Shown here one piece after another: positions 1 through 14,280 of a DNA stretch of 64,000 nt. Made by a program: the position numbers and the translations under genes. Origin of the DNA: Flectonema sp. DT1601 (taxonomy: Eukaryota); the NCBI GenBank assembly GCA_964019425.1, contig OZ025791.1, forward strand, positions 1,426,001-1,490,000, in the 5' to 3' direction. The notes under the pieces were generated by a model that was given only the letters and a program-made list of their open reading frames with translations, had not been told where the DNA came from and did no database searches. How positions within the stretch are numbered: position 1 is the stretch's first letter; each line of letters starts with the position of its first letter.

Positions 1-3000
1 GCGATTTCTGCTGCCGTCTCCAGCACGTCATCGACTCTTCCGTCTCTTTTAGAACAAAACCTCTCGGAATGTATTCGAATTGTTTGGATTCATTATCCAA
101 GGCCTTATACTTTTACTTCAACTAGAGTGAAGATTCACACGACTCTCGTCAGACTGTTACTCGCAATCTATAACTCAACTGATGGATTACAAAGGATATT
201 AAGAAGTGTAATGTTCAGTATTGTGTCGCTTACTATTTCAGGAACAGAATCGATTCCTGTCGAATACAACAAACTTTGGAATAGTATCTGTTCTATCTCA
301 GCTGCTACGGTATGATCTCTTATAGTTTATTAGGATAATATTATGGTAAAGTAAAGTATTAATAATAAACAAAACAAATCAAAACAGGTTTGGGATTACC
401 CTTGGGATAACATCCTCGGTTCTGTAAGTACTGGACACCATCTTCACATGACGAGTATTGTTGTTGATTCTGTTGCGACCACAGTAATGCAACTGGTCTC
501 AAGACTTGATTTATCATTTCATAAAGACTCAACAGATGACGTCCCTTTGGCAAGAAATCCAAAAGACTTCACTCTGTTTCATAACGTTGTGGCGTTTTGG
601 AATAAATTATTTGAAAAAGTACGAGACCCTGGGATCATAAACGATTGGTGTTTATCCTTAGCCGTAAAGTGGATAGAGTTAAGTGAAGTATATCCTCATG
701 TTAGTGGGTTTTATTCTCTCTTGACAATCGTAGTACGCAAGGCAACAACCATCGAAGAAGAAGCTCCTGCGACTCAACCAGCAAACAATACCAACGATCC
801 CGAATTTAATCAAATTATAAGAAAGTTCATTGCTGACACACTTAAGAATGTCGAAAGTAGGTTCAAAGGTGAGATTCTCATAGCCGGATGTAAATTTTTG
901 TTGTCGCTACCAGTGCAGTTGGTTGAACTTCCTAAGATGAAAAGTACGTTAGAGATCTCATTAAACATTGGACTATCACTTCCAACAATAGCAAGGATAA
1001 CAATTGATACTTTAGAAAGATGGATAGAATCGAGTAATGCGGAGGAAGCTGCTAAGCTCGTTGCTCCTTCGATTCCAATTCTCCGCTCATTTGTAGCCAC
1101 TGCCCATGAAAAACTCCACACAGATGGAGGTGAGTCTTCTCACGACAATGAAGTTTCCATCCTTCGCGATCTACAAGTCCGTATAATCATAATCTTGGGA
1201 AAACTAGGACCACTACAACTGACATCTAAATCAGAAGAAAAAAAGCTCGACGACGGAATTGAACCTCCATGGGATGTCGTCAGCCGAGTTGAGATAAAAT
1301 TGCCTTTCGATGCGAACTACACGCTGGCTTTTGATAAATTATTACCCAGAATCTGTACTTTATCATTAACAAGTAATGACAGAAAGGCAAAGACTGCATC
1401 ATGTGAATTACTACATAGCATAATAATATGGATGGTTGGGACCAACGCTCACAGCTTAAAGACAACTTCAGCGACGCAGGATTCTCCGGTAGAGACGGCA
1501 ACACCTTTTCATAAAATATACAGCAAAGTGTTTCCAGTAGTTTGCCAACTGGCTGTTGACTCAGAACCCATCGCAAGTCAGATGTTCACAAAACTACTTC
1601 AACAGTTGGTGCATTGGTTAACAAAGAACGTTCATTTTGAAAGCAAAGAAACTATCGCCTTGTTAGACACGTTGATCGATGGAATATCATCTTCGAATGT
1701 CGGATTAAGAGACATCTGTGCTTCTAATTGTGGTGAGTTCGCAAAGTACAGCATCAAACATGGAAAGGGAACAGGTGCGAGAAACCTTCTAAGTTTAACG
1801 ACTCGTCTTCACAATCTTATGATTCATCCTAATTCTAGTACGAGATATGGTGCTGCTGTTGCTTGGAAATGTGTTCTTCCTGAACTGATGAATGATAAAA
1901 AGTTATCCTCAATCCATCTAATGCATGCAGTGTATACAGCAATGCTTTCATTATCAATGTTTGATGAGGGAGGTGTTGTAATTACTCATGTGATGCTACT
2001 CAGAACTGGAGAGCGATACGTTAAAAGGATTTCAGAAAGTCTTATTGAGAATGATTCATCACGTCATACATTACCACCAGCATGTCATTCTCTCAGTAAT
2101 CTAACTGCGTGGATGTTTGATCAATGTTTTCTTGAAGAAAAGCCAGCTAGACGCATGGCTATGAAGTTATTCATTACATTCTCTTCACTGTTTGGAGTCT
2201 CCTCACGAGTTTGGCTTCGTGAGCAGTACGTTAAGGATCGACAACCTCTTGAAGAGAGTCTTCATATGATTGAACATCGCATGACATCACAACCTCAAGG
2301 GTTATCAACAGTGACTGCTCAAGAGACTACTTGGTATAGGTTTGTACATCTCTTTATTTTACTCAATTAGTAATATTTTTTTTAGTTCTTTGCATTTCTA
2401 GTTCTCAGATTATGTGGTGATGACAGCCTTGTAGCGTCAGGGACTTCTCCAAGACCACTATCGTGACGAACAGAACCTTCGGCACCAATTTATAAAATAT
2501 CTGAAATGAAATCTTTTGAAAGACTTGAGGGAGAATTGTAAACAACAAAAACAGCGTCTGGATTCGAGAAGTTGACACGATAAGCGACACCCTCAACTGG
2601 CTGTTTGAGAATGATTTCGTTGACGGTCCGAGACTCTTAGGTGTTGGGGGATCATCATCTCCTCATAAAAGAAGAAAACAACAGCATGGCGACGATGTTG
2701 GATTCACCGCAAAGTTAAAGTTACCCAAACAGGCAGGACTCTGTATGAACATTATGTCTGACGTACTCGATTCTGGAAAGGGAGAATCAACACTTTCCTG
2801 TACGAGAAGTACCGTTGAGTCGATATTGAGATTGGTAACAACAGTTGCTAACACTTTACCTTCTGCAGTTAATGTATTTGTGAATGAATTACCTCACGCA
2901 ATAAAAGTAGCTGTTGAGCTATTACTACATCCGATGTCACTCGGATATGATGGGCATTCTGTTAAAACTCAAACAGGAGTCCCATCTCTTGCTAAGAAAT

Positions 3001-6000
3001 TCTTACAATCTGTTGTCTTGGCTGATCAAAAGAACACTTTACCAAAACTTGTAGCAGCTTGCAGAGATGTTTATTCAAAATCTGACTTCAATATATTTTC
3101 AGAAAAAGCAATGGAAAGATTCCTTGACGACAAAAGTGAATTATGTCACACTTCTTGGATATACCTGGTTAGAGGTGCGAGGGCTCTTGTTCAACTGGGT
3201 AGTGTAATTAGTGAAGAGAAACTATCGAATCATTTACTTCCAAAGATTGTTAGTTCCATTTCAGGATTCTCTGAGATGAAAACAAATCAAAAGATCGCAA
3301 TTCAGATTGCTGGTGCGTTAGAATCGATGTCTACTAATAAAGTTTCACGACCAAAACATCGAATTGTTATCCGAGAGATTTGGAAGTTATGTTTCGATCT
3401 CGGGATCCCTTCACCTGTAATTGTTAATATGATGTCATCAATTGAGAGAGTCTCGAGAGATTCTCTTTCTGCCAATCGTATTGCGAAGTCGATTAGTAAC
3501 ATGCAGAGTGCCGTTCTGATTCAAACCTCATCATCTATAACAACAAATAAACCAAAGAAGAACGATCCCTTACCTCAAAAAGGTGAAATATTCTACACAA
3601 ACTACCGAACGGAACTTTGTGAATATGTTTTGAAAAATTCTAAATTCATCATTCCATTACTAGCGGACAAGAGACTGACCTCAGTTATCATCGACGTGTT
3701 GTCTTTATCACTGGCAGGTGATAATAATAACGTTGATGTAGTCAAGGCAACTGTTGACAGTGTGCTACCATATATATTTGAGATCTGTACTGAAACTGAT
3801 TCTACAGTCAGCACCACCATTAGCATCATTGAGAAGTTGCTTGAGCTTAAGCTTCTTTCTATGGATTCTCTTTTACATAATTCAAACACACTCTCAGCTA
3901 TTATAAAGTTCCTTCATCATGTTATTAATGTGAAGGGATTACTCAGAGCACCAACTCCAAAATTAAAAGCCTCGTGTAGATGTGTCTCTGTTCTGATTCC
4001 GTTTTTAATTTCAGACGGCTCTGAAGAAATAAAAGAAACCTCAATTAATATGATAAAAGAATTAATATCTAATGAATTACCAATTCACCACGGGGAGATC
4101 TTCTCAAGTGAAACACTAGTTAGCTCATATACGATGGTAGTGGAAGCGTTGTTGGATTGCTTACTCTCTTCTAAGTCTCCTGAGTTGTTATCGGAGTTAC
4201 TTCCTCTTGTAAGAGGAACTGGAACTCATCCTCTTGCGGTGACTATCGGAGGAGTGTTGCAACAGTTTTTCAATCAATTGTCAGAAGTGAAAACATTTCG
4301 ATGTGCTGAAGTTTGTGTTGAAAACTTTCTAAACGAAGAACTGCCAGCTGATGTTCGTTATGCTGCCACCAGTAGAATCTGTTTGTTAGCTCTTCAAAGA
4401 CTTTCTCCTTCAGAATGTGAGAGTTTCTTTGAGAAGTATGTTGTTTCATTGTATAAAATAATATCATCATCATGGCCGACTGATGTTGAGGATTGTTATC
4501 AATCTCTTTTATCGAAAACTTCAGCTTTCACATTACTCGATTTGATGTATCGAATGTGTGATCCTTCGAAGACTCGAACTACAATAAATAAATCATTCAC
4601 ACTTTACTTAAGAGGTGAATCCGCTTCCCCTAATTCACAACAACAATACTCTGGTAAAGAAATGAACGATAAAATTATCAGAGCATCTCACTCCGCTTTA
4701 ACTTCTGTGATGTCATTTCAAAACGACCTCACTCACATTACAAGAAGCGGCATCAGCGGTGATTCCGCTTTGTTAAAATACAGACAAGCAGCCTACAGCT
4801 GTCTGGTATCGTCGTTAATAACAACGCAAACTAACTTAGCGATGATTACAAAAGCTTTATTCATACCTCGTAAAGGTGAATATATTTGGGAACACGTTCT
4901 AGATTTAAATGCGTCGCACTCATTCGCAGTGGAAACGTCATTTCTACTTACAAGAAATGCCGTCCAGGGATTACGAAATGAGTGGGAAAGTGAAGATGGA
5001 ACAAGTAGTAGGCAGGTTGAACAATTGAGATATTTAGCAACTCAATATCTAAGTGATAGTTCTCTTGCTGACTTAGCTGCGCGTCCAGATGCTCCGCTTC
5101 TTGGAGGTGATAAAAAGGAAGTTATTGAAAACGAAAAAACAGAAAAACCCAACACCTCTGAATCAAAGCCTGAACATAAACCTCAAGAAGAAAGTCCTGA
5201 AGGTGTTGGTACCAATAAGTTAGTTCTATCAACAACTCAAGTTGGATCAGATCAAGACGCTGAAATAGATTTATGGAGTCAGCTCCCTCTTCAAATGATA
5301 AAAACAGACGGAGATCTTGAAATGGATTCTCTCAACAGAATTCCAATTACGTCATCAGTTCTTCGTTTGTTAATATTTTTATTTAATTATCAACAACCTG
5401 ATCAGAGAGATCCTCCCACTTGGATGATTGAACTTCACACAAAAATAATAGACCCATCGATAAGCTGTAACATCAGGTTCTTTATTGTGAAAAGTATCAT
5501 AAATGCTGCACACGTGTTTATGCAATTTGCACAAATGTGGGTCGTTCCACTTATTGATGCGGCTGTTGAATCCTTGCAGGTAGAAGGTCAAGTAACGGGA
5601 ATTAATTACTTCGCGAGGGATATTGTGTTGTTGTTGATTTCATGGTCTGGTCAACTACAAGCAACTAACAATGGAATAATGTCATTCGAGTTGGAATCGA
5701 AGTGTAGTACTTTACTGGAAATGTTATTAAAAAACTGCGCACACGAACAAACCAGAGTCTTACGATCAAACCTTGAACTTATTAAAGCTTACATCGAACA
5801 TTTTAAAGATAAATTACAGGTCGGCCCTGCTCACAGAAGAATTATTATGGGTTGGGTGAGTACACCATTTCCAAAGACGGGAACAAAGTCAAAAATTTGG
5901 GTTAAAAAAAGAATAACTGGAATGCAACTATTTGGTGTCTTAGCAGCCAATAAAATAAAACACTACGACCCTGTTGCTGATCTTAGTATTTGTACTGAAG

Positions 6001-9000
6001 ATGAGTTTTATGGAAGAATATGTAACTCTCTACCACCAAGTCAAAGAACAATCCCAAGAGAGTTAATCGAATGTTGTTCTGAATTATGTGGAATGATGAT
6101 TCATCAACTGTCGGTATTATCTCCTGTTGGAGGAAACACTTCTGAAGTACTTTTAAATATCGTCAGCAGAAGATTACGTTCTCTTCAGGCTGACACGTAC
6201 ACAGAACAGTTTGTGTTAGTGTTGAGTGGTGTTGTGAAACATTTCCCATCAGCTGCTGATGCTTTCTTACCAAATGCTTTGATTAGAATAATCCCACATG
6301 CAAAGGGAGTTTATCGGAATATGGTTTTAGAAATTATTCTGTCCAGAGCTGAACACTTTACTGGAATCTATCCCACCATTCATCCATATGTTATTGAGTT
6401 ACTGTTAACTGGTGACTCTACTGGTAGGTCGTTACTACTTCGAATATTACAAAAATCATTACAATGTGCTACTGATGGGGATTTATTACATTTCGTGACT
6501 ACCATTTCGGGAAGTATTAAAAGTAGAGTACTCCCAATGGGATGTTTAAGTATCGAAGGAAGGAGTGAACTTTACCAAACTTGGATTCGGATATATGACA
6601 GCAAGTGGAGTAATTTATCTGAAGAAGGAAAGAAACATCTCGGAGAACACCTCCTAAACGGTTTACGAGATGAATCTCTTTTCATCAGAGAAAAACTAAT
6701 TGCTTTTTGGGATGGTGGTAATCGCTTACCAGAATCAAGTCCTCTTCGAATGCAGAGATTGTTAGTTCCGTCATCACAGGCGTTGACTCTGTTTTCACCA
6801 TATTTGGGAGATCAGTGGTTACAATATTCATCTGTTTTGATGTTGTTTTTATCGAAGTGTAATACTGAATTCGATAATATAAAACACTTCTTTAGTGACC
6901 CTCTTCAGAAGTGTGATTACAATGAAGTTTTATTCGACACTTCGATGGAACATCGTGAAGAGTACAGCACAACTCCACTATTTGCTTCTCAACTTGGTCT
7001 TGATGGATCACTGTCTCAGAGCTCAGCAGCACCAGCTGGGATGATTGCCGCTACTCCACTTCCGATAGGGACGTTAGCTGGCTCGCAAGTATCTCAATCT
7101 CAAACTGCAACAACATTCTCCCACTATGCACCAAAGAAATCTGATGAATCATTGAGTCAAACAGCGATGTTGTTCACACCTTTTGATGATAAAATTAGAA
7201 AAAATGTACCCATCGGGAACCGATCTGGTGCCGAAACAACGATGCCTGCCCCCACTCACACTATGACACAATATTTTAAAAGACGATTCAGACATTCAAA
7301 CGAAGTTCACAGAACTACAAAACACGCAGTCAACGCAACTCAAAAAGTAGCTGCTCGAGAGCGACAAGATATAAAAAGAAGAAAGACTTCGACATCGATA
7401 AAGATGTGGAGGACTTACAGAGATGGTGAGGTTCCTGACATATCCATATCCCCGAGTAGCATCTTAAAACCATTACAAGCTTTGTGTTTGTATGACATCA
7501 ACTGTGCCAGATTAGTAATGTCTGAAGTGTTAGGAAAAGTTTATTTATCTTTATCTCCTATAAAACCAACTGGATCAGGTGCAGTAGGATCAGGACTACC
7601 TGATGGAGGTGAACCTGACAGCACCACATCTGAAAAACTATTCGCTCAATCTCTAATGGGACAGATTGGATCACCTAATCCTCATGAAGTTAATAAATTA
7701 AAAATTCAGCTATCCACATCACTAGTTGATATGTTACATAGTATGCGTCATCATGTAGCAGTTCAGCTATTCGTTCATTCATTTATTATTGATTATTTTA
7801 GTGATGAACAGATTGGTATTATATCTCCTGACGTGTTGTATTTGAGTGGTCTGCATTCTCAGAATCACAAAACAGCTTTACTTCTATTAGAGAAAGGATT
7901 AATGTACAGACAGTCAAGAATTGAAAGTATTCGAAAAGATCTCTGGAGGAGAGGTAAGAGAGAGGAAATTCCTTCTTCTCTCGAGGTGGATGAGGACATC
8001 TCTCTCGAACAATCAGAAAACTCTGCTTTTGGTTCCAGCAATCAATCGGATCTAAAAAGGTGTGTTGTTGTTATTATTGTTTTTTAAATGAAAATAAAAA
8101 AAAGGCTTTTTACAAAAAAAAAAAAACAGGCTGACAGCAATGAACACCACCGCGTGGAAATATATTGCTCGCTCGTACGAAACTCTGAAGAATAGAGATG
8201 CGGCGTCGTTGGTTATTCAAAATAAATTATTATCAGGAGAAGCTGCCGATGCTATCTCTTGTGTAATAAATGAGCAATTCGACACTGCGTTGAATGCGAT
8301 AAAGAAAGCCAAGTCTGCTACTGGTATCACCCAACTAGAGAATGAATTGTTAACGACAGAATATCGAAGTTGTTTACGATCATTGTTAAAGTGGTCGGCT
8401 TTGAACGATACGTGTGATCGTACTACTCGTCTTGATGACCCGGATCTTTGGAATGAAGGAGACGTGTCTAACTTTGTGTTGGATCATTTACAATCTAAAT
8501 TACTATTATCGAGTACTTCATCATTACTGTCATCTTATAATGATTGTTTTGTGACCTCAATATTATCAACTGAGCAACTCCTTCCAATATGTCTCTCACA
8601 TATCATCGAAGGGGACATCACTGCGGCAAAGGAAACTTTAATGACATCACTCGAGACGGTGTTGAACTCTTGGAAGGTAAGCCACAGTAATGAATACGGT
8701 TCTCTTCTTGCAACTCTTCAACCTTTAGTTGAGATATACGAATACATTACCATCGTTAGTACTGGATTAGATCAACCTGTAATGACACAGAAGTGTAATT
8801 CTTTATTAAGGAAGTGGTGGTATCGAGGAAGTCAATTCGATGGAGGTCCAACACAGTGGGATATGTACGTCGCAACAAGAAGGATATTATCGAATAGAAT
8901 AGTTCTTCATCATGGGGTTTCAAATTTAATTAGAAATGATTCTAATTCTGGATCAACTCCTCCTTACCAAGATCCTCCTCATCACAGTGCCGTACTACTA

Positions 9001-11820
9001 CTGAGAGCAGCACAGGCAATGGAAGGTTTGGGTAGTATTGGTCCAGCGAGATCATTTTTACATTCCTATGCTTCAACAAGACAAATAGTTACTTCTGATC
9101 CTAATAATTTAGATATAACATTCGTATCAGTCGCTGTACGAAATTCAATCTCACGCGCTGAAACAGCTGCGACAACTTCTCGTGAACGAGCTAGAAAGAT
9201 GTACATCAAAACACTGCAGTACATATCTACGGAAGATAAGAATCGCAATACGAGTTCAACGTATCCTATTTTACATTCTTTTATTTCCGCTGAGACTAAT
9301 CGAGGATACGCAAAATATGAAGATGACAACACAGAAATAATCAAACAAGCGCTATCCCATTACAAGAAAGCACTTCAGTATGACCGCGATCCTCTTGACT
9401 CAGTGAGTCCTAGTAAGGGAAAAGTAATCACAAGTTTGGTTTTATACGCTGATGAGTTGTTGCAAACGAATAGCGTACCAATTGGTGTAGATACCGAATC
9501 TCTGGCAGTTCTAACTGTAAAGTTATACTTGGAGGGAATCGAACTCTCTGATGAGAGTTCTTTAATGACATGTCGTTCTCACATCCCACGTGTCATAGAA
9601 CTTTGTCAAGTTTATCCAAAAGCAAAAGACGTTTTATATGAACACATCGACACCATCGATAGTTGGATGTTCCTTCCGTGGACGAATCAATTGATTTCTT
9701 ATATTAAAGGACCTGCTGGGGATGTCATCTTAAAGTTGTTGGTGTTGTTGTTGAAAAGGTTTCCTCAACAGGTTTGTAGTAGTCGTATATTTTAATAAAA
9801 AGTAAAAGTGTTAATGTTGCAGCTGTCGTTATTATCTTTGTTCGTGTGAAATGTTTTTGAGATGAAAGAACAAAAAAAAGTAATGAAAACAAAACAGGTG
9901 TTCTATGCGGTGTCTAGTTCGAGTCTTGATCTCGACCGAATTTGCGCTGAGTCGGACATTGCTGCAGTGCGTGTGCAAGAGCTTCGCAGTCAGCTTCAAT
10001 TGCATGTGAGCCCAGCACTGCTCCGACTGGTGAATGAAATGGAGAAGTTGCACAACCCAGACTTGAGATTCAAATATTGGATAGATGAACTACAGAATAC
10101 AATGAGAGAATATAAATTGAGACTTGTCAGCAGCGCGACAACCCAGCATCGACTGACAGCGCAGTGGAAATCCATGGCCACTGACTTGTTCACGGGAGGA
10201 GGAGGTACCTCTTTAAACGCAAAATTCGCAGACCGCTGCTGCTGCAAGAAAAAAACAGGAATAAAGATCACTTCTCCAAGGGGTGAGCAGGTGTCGTTGT
10301 ATGAAGACGTTGAGTCAGCAATGAAGCCACTCATTCGTGACTTAGAGAACTCATTTGACTACGAAGGTTTTCAGAAACGGTGTCGAAGTTGGGCAGCTGC
10401 TATCAAGTCTGGGTGGTCTCATGCGAGAGTAGTTGGAAACAATCCTTTAGCGATGTTCTCACCATTCTTAAGTGAGTACAGAGATAGTGCATTTGATACT
10501 GATGGTGAGTTGGTATTATTGCCACAGCAGTCTTTCTTATCACTTCATTCTAGATTACCAAATAAATTACCTGACATCTGTTCCTTTAATAGTAACGTTC
10601 TGGTCATGAATTCAATTCAAAAACCGAAGAAGTTAATTGTCAACTGTAGTGACGAGTCTGAACATCCTTACTTGGTGAAGGGAGGAGAAGATCTTCGTCA
10701 GGATCAGAGAATTCAACAATTATTTTATCTTTTCAACTACTGTATGAATAGAGATCGTAACTGTAATGAACGTAATCTTAGAATTAGAGGTTACTCAGTA
10801 GTACCGCTTACTCCAAGAGTTGGTTTAGTCGAATGGGTTGACAACTGTACTCCTTTAAAGTCGATGATTGAATCGAGAATGCCAAGTAACATTCACGGAA
10901 TACAATCTCATCCTGCTTCTAGAAAACACATGGAGTTCATTACTGAAATGGGGAAGACTGGTGATTGGGCAACTGGATTCCGAGTACTGTATGGAGAACA
11001 TGGACGTTCAGATCTTACTTCGAAATACCAAGAGTTGGTTGATTCTACTGATAAAGGATTTCTAAAAAGGTCATTGGCAAGTTTGTGTGCGACACACGCA
11101 GCTTTTTATGATGCAAAACAGCGATTCTGCTCCTCCTACTCTGCCGCGAGTATCGGACAATGGCTGCTTGGAATTGGTGACAGACATCTCGACAACTTTC
11201 TAATTGACAGCAACGTCTTGGAAGTAGTTCCGATTGATTTCGGTCACGCGTTTGGAACTGCGACAGAAGTTCTTCACATTCCGGAATTAATGCCTTTCAG
11301 ATTGACACCACAAATTACACATATCTGCGAACCGTTGGGTGCATCAGTTTTAAAAGGAAGTATGACTGCTTGTCTTCAAGCACTTAATAATAATAACAAA
11401 CTGTTGTTGGACGTGTTATCAGTTTTTGTCAGAGAACCGTTGGCAACATGGCAGAGGAATGCAACTCGGAAAGCTCGCAAATCAAATCTTCAGCTTTCTG
11501 AAGACCAAGAGAAACCTCACGATGAGTACTCAGCAGCAAAGATCTCAGCAGTTCAAAAGAAGTTAAATCTGACTAACCCGTGGATCATTTCTGCTGCTGA
11601 TTTGGCAGCAAACTCAACTGCATTGGCGACTACCCTCCGTCATAAGAATGGATTGGTGAACGCGAAGGGAATTCTCAAGGGACGACCTGATAAAAACTAT
11701 CGAGCCACCGTACCTGACACATGTCGCAGTGTATCTGAGCAGGTAGGCTGTCTGATAGATATGGCTTCTGACCCAAATATTTTATGCAGGACATATATGG
11801 GTTGGGCTCCACTGTTTTAA
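1..11820 (+). CDS. PRKDC: DNA-dependent protein kinase catalytic subunit (PIKK family), 5'-truncated by the window edge. Inferred exons <1-309, 388-2339, 2555-8059, 8130-9771, 9898-11820 (~3776 aa in window)
   Basis: Four GT-AG introns (310-387, 2340-2554, 8060-8129, 9772-9897) join the ORFs in frame. PIKK kinase motifs YLVKGGEDLRQDQRIQQLF, GIGDRHLDNFL and IDFGHAFG; FATC end NILCRTYMGWAPLF. DNA-PKcs-like segments DRKAKTASCELLHS, QLVHWLT and RTYRDGEVPDISI; SQ/TQ cluster near 6985-7160. Confidence 0.9.
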
Positions 11821-12233
11821 AAAAAAATATAAACTCAACAGTTAGCAATTAATTATTGTTTTGTGAATTTCGTGGAGGAGGACCTCCTATTCCCTTTTTT
11901 TATTTTAGCTTATCGCCTTATTCCAGCCAGTTGCGAATTTATCCTATTTTTTTTTTTTTTTTGTTAAGAAAAAAAAAGGCAATTAACGCTGTTTTTTTTT
12001 TTTTTCATTCATTCATTCATTCTTTTTTTTTTATTTTTATTGTCTTCTCCTATTTCTGTCCAGAAAAAGACATTTCTTGCCAGAATGCGCTTATCGCAAA
12101 GTGGCACGCGTTTTATTAAACGCGTAATTGCTATTTTATTTATTTTAAAACGAAAATCGATACATTCATTTATCTCAATTCAGACGTTCGATGCGCTACC
12201 CACAAATGTATCACAATAATAATACGTAATTAC

Positions 12234-12268
<35 letters not shown>

Positions 12269-12298
12269 TAACATTTCTTTTTACAGCCCTTCCCATGC

Positions 12299-12958
12299 AT
12301 GTTGTGGGTGGCAATTGGAATAGGAGGAGGGGTAGTAATAGTTTTATTATGTTTGATATTAATATTTTGGAGGTGTCGATGGAACAAATCAAGTATTGAT
12401 GAAGTGCGAGAACAACTACTGCCGTCTGGAGCATTGAAATCTTATGAAGTAGTTGATAAAGGTGATGGTTCATTTAAAATATCAGCGAAGGTGAGTGTTG
12501 ATGGTAACAAACATTTAAAGAAAGTAATTCTTGGATACAAACTAGGACGTTGTTACTTAAGATCGGATGAAGACTCTCAACGAGAAGACTTGTGGCCAGA
12601 CACTCCACGTGATGGTCGGGCATCAGTTAGTGTTGTTTGTTTAATAGAAAATACTTCAGCAATTCAATTCTTCAAAGCACAACTCTTTTTACCGACCTCA
12701 CAAGCAACTCGAGGATATGCTCCTCTGAATTCTGTTTGGCAGCCATACTTGTCTTTACTTAGCGCTTCAAATAAAGTTATCCACCACTGGTCATTTCAAG
12801 ATTTACACACTCTTGGGTTCGTATCTTCGAATGTCATTACTGGTGTGTTTACTGATGATTACTTTGTGAGTCCTCATAAGATGGCAAACTGCGATCAGAG
12901 TCACAGCCTTAACGGACCTGATCCAGATTCTCCAACCTGTAGAGCAATCGATATTTAG
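12299..12958 (+). CDS. Hypothetical protein with N-terminal membrane anchor (219 aa)
   Basis: ATG just after a pyrimidine-rich ...tttttacag (12286); hydrophobic N-terminus followed by basic residues; no family recognised. Confidence 0.6.
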   Translation: MLWVAIGIGGGVVIVLLCLILIFWRCRWNKSSIDEVREQLLPSGALKSYEVVDKGDGSFKISAKVSVDGNKHLKKVILGYKLGRCYLRSDEDSQREDLWPDTPRDGRASVSVVCLIENTSAIQFFKAQLFLPTSQATRGYAPLNSVWQPYLSLLSASNKVIHHWSFQDLHTLGFVSSNVITGVFTDDYFVSPHKMANCDQSHSLNGPDPDSPTCRAIDI

Positions 12959-13219
12959 GTTGTCGTCTTTAGGAAGTTGTGTTCTATTAATTCAGTTTGT
13001 ATATAATGCTATTTTGATATGTTTTTTTTTGTCTTTTTTTTAAAAAAGAAGGAAATAAATCCAATTAATTATTTCTTTTTGTTATCTTTTTTTTGAGTGT
13101 CAGCATCAGTTGTGTACTGCTTACCCCAGCACAGCCTCTTTCTATTCAGATGTTTTGTTTTGAGTTACTCTTTATTTGAATCTGTATCAATTATTTTAGT
13201 AAGTAATAATAATAAAATA

Positions 13220-14280
13220 ATGGCTTCTAAATGGGGAGAACGACTCCATCATCACGACAGCTCAAAAGATATATTTGGAGACAATATTGCTGAGCCTGAA
13301 GACGACGAAGAGCAGGTTGTAACCGTCGTCGATGGGCGATGCTATGGCAGATCTGTATTTGAAGCAAACACCGCGAGCGGTAATACCGATCCACCTGAGA
13401 AGGTTACATCCTTAAAGGGTATTGAACTGACGATACCTCACTTTAAAACTGTAAAAAATGCAAAGGGACATTCTTTTATGGTCTACGTCTTGCAGTGTAT
13501 TGGAACAGAGCAGAGCTGGCAGGTATGCATCGCTAACAAGGATAATAATAGTTTTTTTTTATTAATTCTGTGAAACCATTTCCCAAACAGGTATTTAAAA
13601 GATTCTCAGAACTACACGACCTCCACAGTCATCTATCACATAAAGGTTGTAAAGGATTACCGTCGTTTCCTTCAAAGTTAGGAAGGCCGTTAGAATCTGT
13701 TGAGTCATTAACAGAAAGAAGAATTAAAATGTTGCAGTCATACATGCAAACTGTAATTAAGATCGCTCAGAAGAAGGAATTCAAACAGACAGAGTATCTC
13801 TGTAGTTTTCTTGTTGGTAATACTTCAATCGATACGAGTCAATGTTCAAGTGAAGGCAGTGCAAACTTTGCTGCAAAACTAAGCGCCAGATCAATGATTT
13901 CAACGAGTGGATCAGAAACAGATGATGTAACTTGGACTCCAAGAGTTACAACAGCCCAGACTCATACAAGTTACACAATAGTACTCGAGGTACCTGGTTG
14001 TGAAGATATCATAACTACTGTTCTCGATAACGGTTTGCGTATAACTGGAAATCGTCATTCACCTGTTCCTCCAAAAACAATAATTTTTAACGATCGCCTC
14101 TTCGGTAGATTTATAATGGACTTCAGCGTCCCTTCTCGTTTTGCTCCATATTCAAACTTCTCAGCAGTAACCAATATGGGTTGCTTAAGTATTTCATTTC
14201 CTCCTTTAGATAAAGAGACTAGTGATACCTCGACAACGATTTCACCAAAGTCACCCAGTTACAGAGCTTATGATCGTTGA
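13220..14280 (+). CDS. PX-domain protein with C-terminal HSP20/alpha-crystallin-like domain; exons 13220-13522 and 13591-14280
   Basis: Intron 13523-13590 (gtatgc...aaacag) restores the PX motif WQVFKRFSELHDLH...PSFPSK...ERRIKMLQSYM. The C-terminal YTIVLEVPG...LRITGNR...DRLFGRFIMDFSVP...GCLSISFP resembles an alpha-crystallin domain. Confidence 0.75.
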
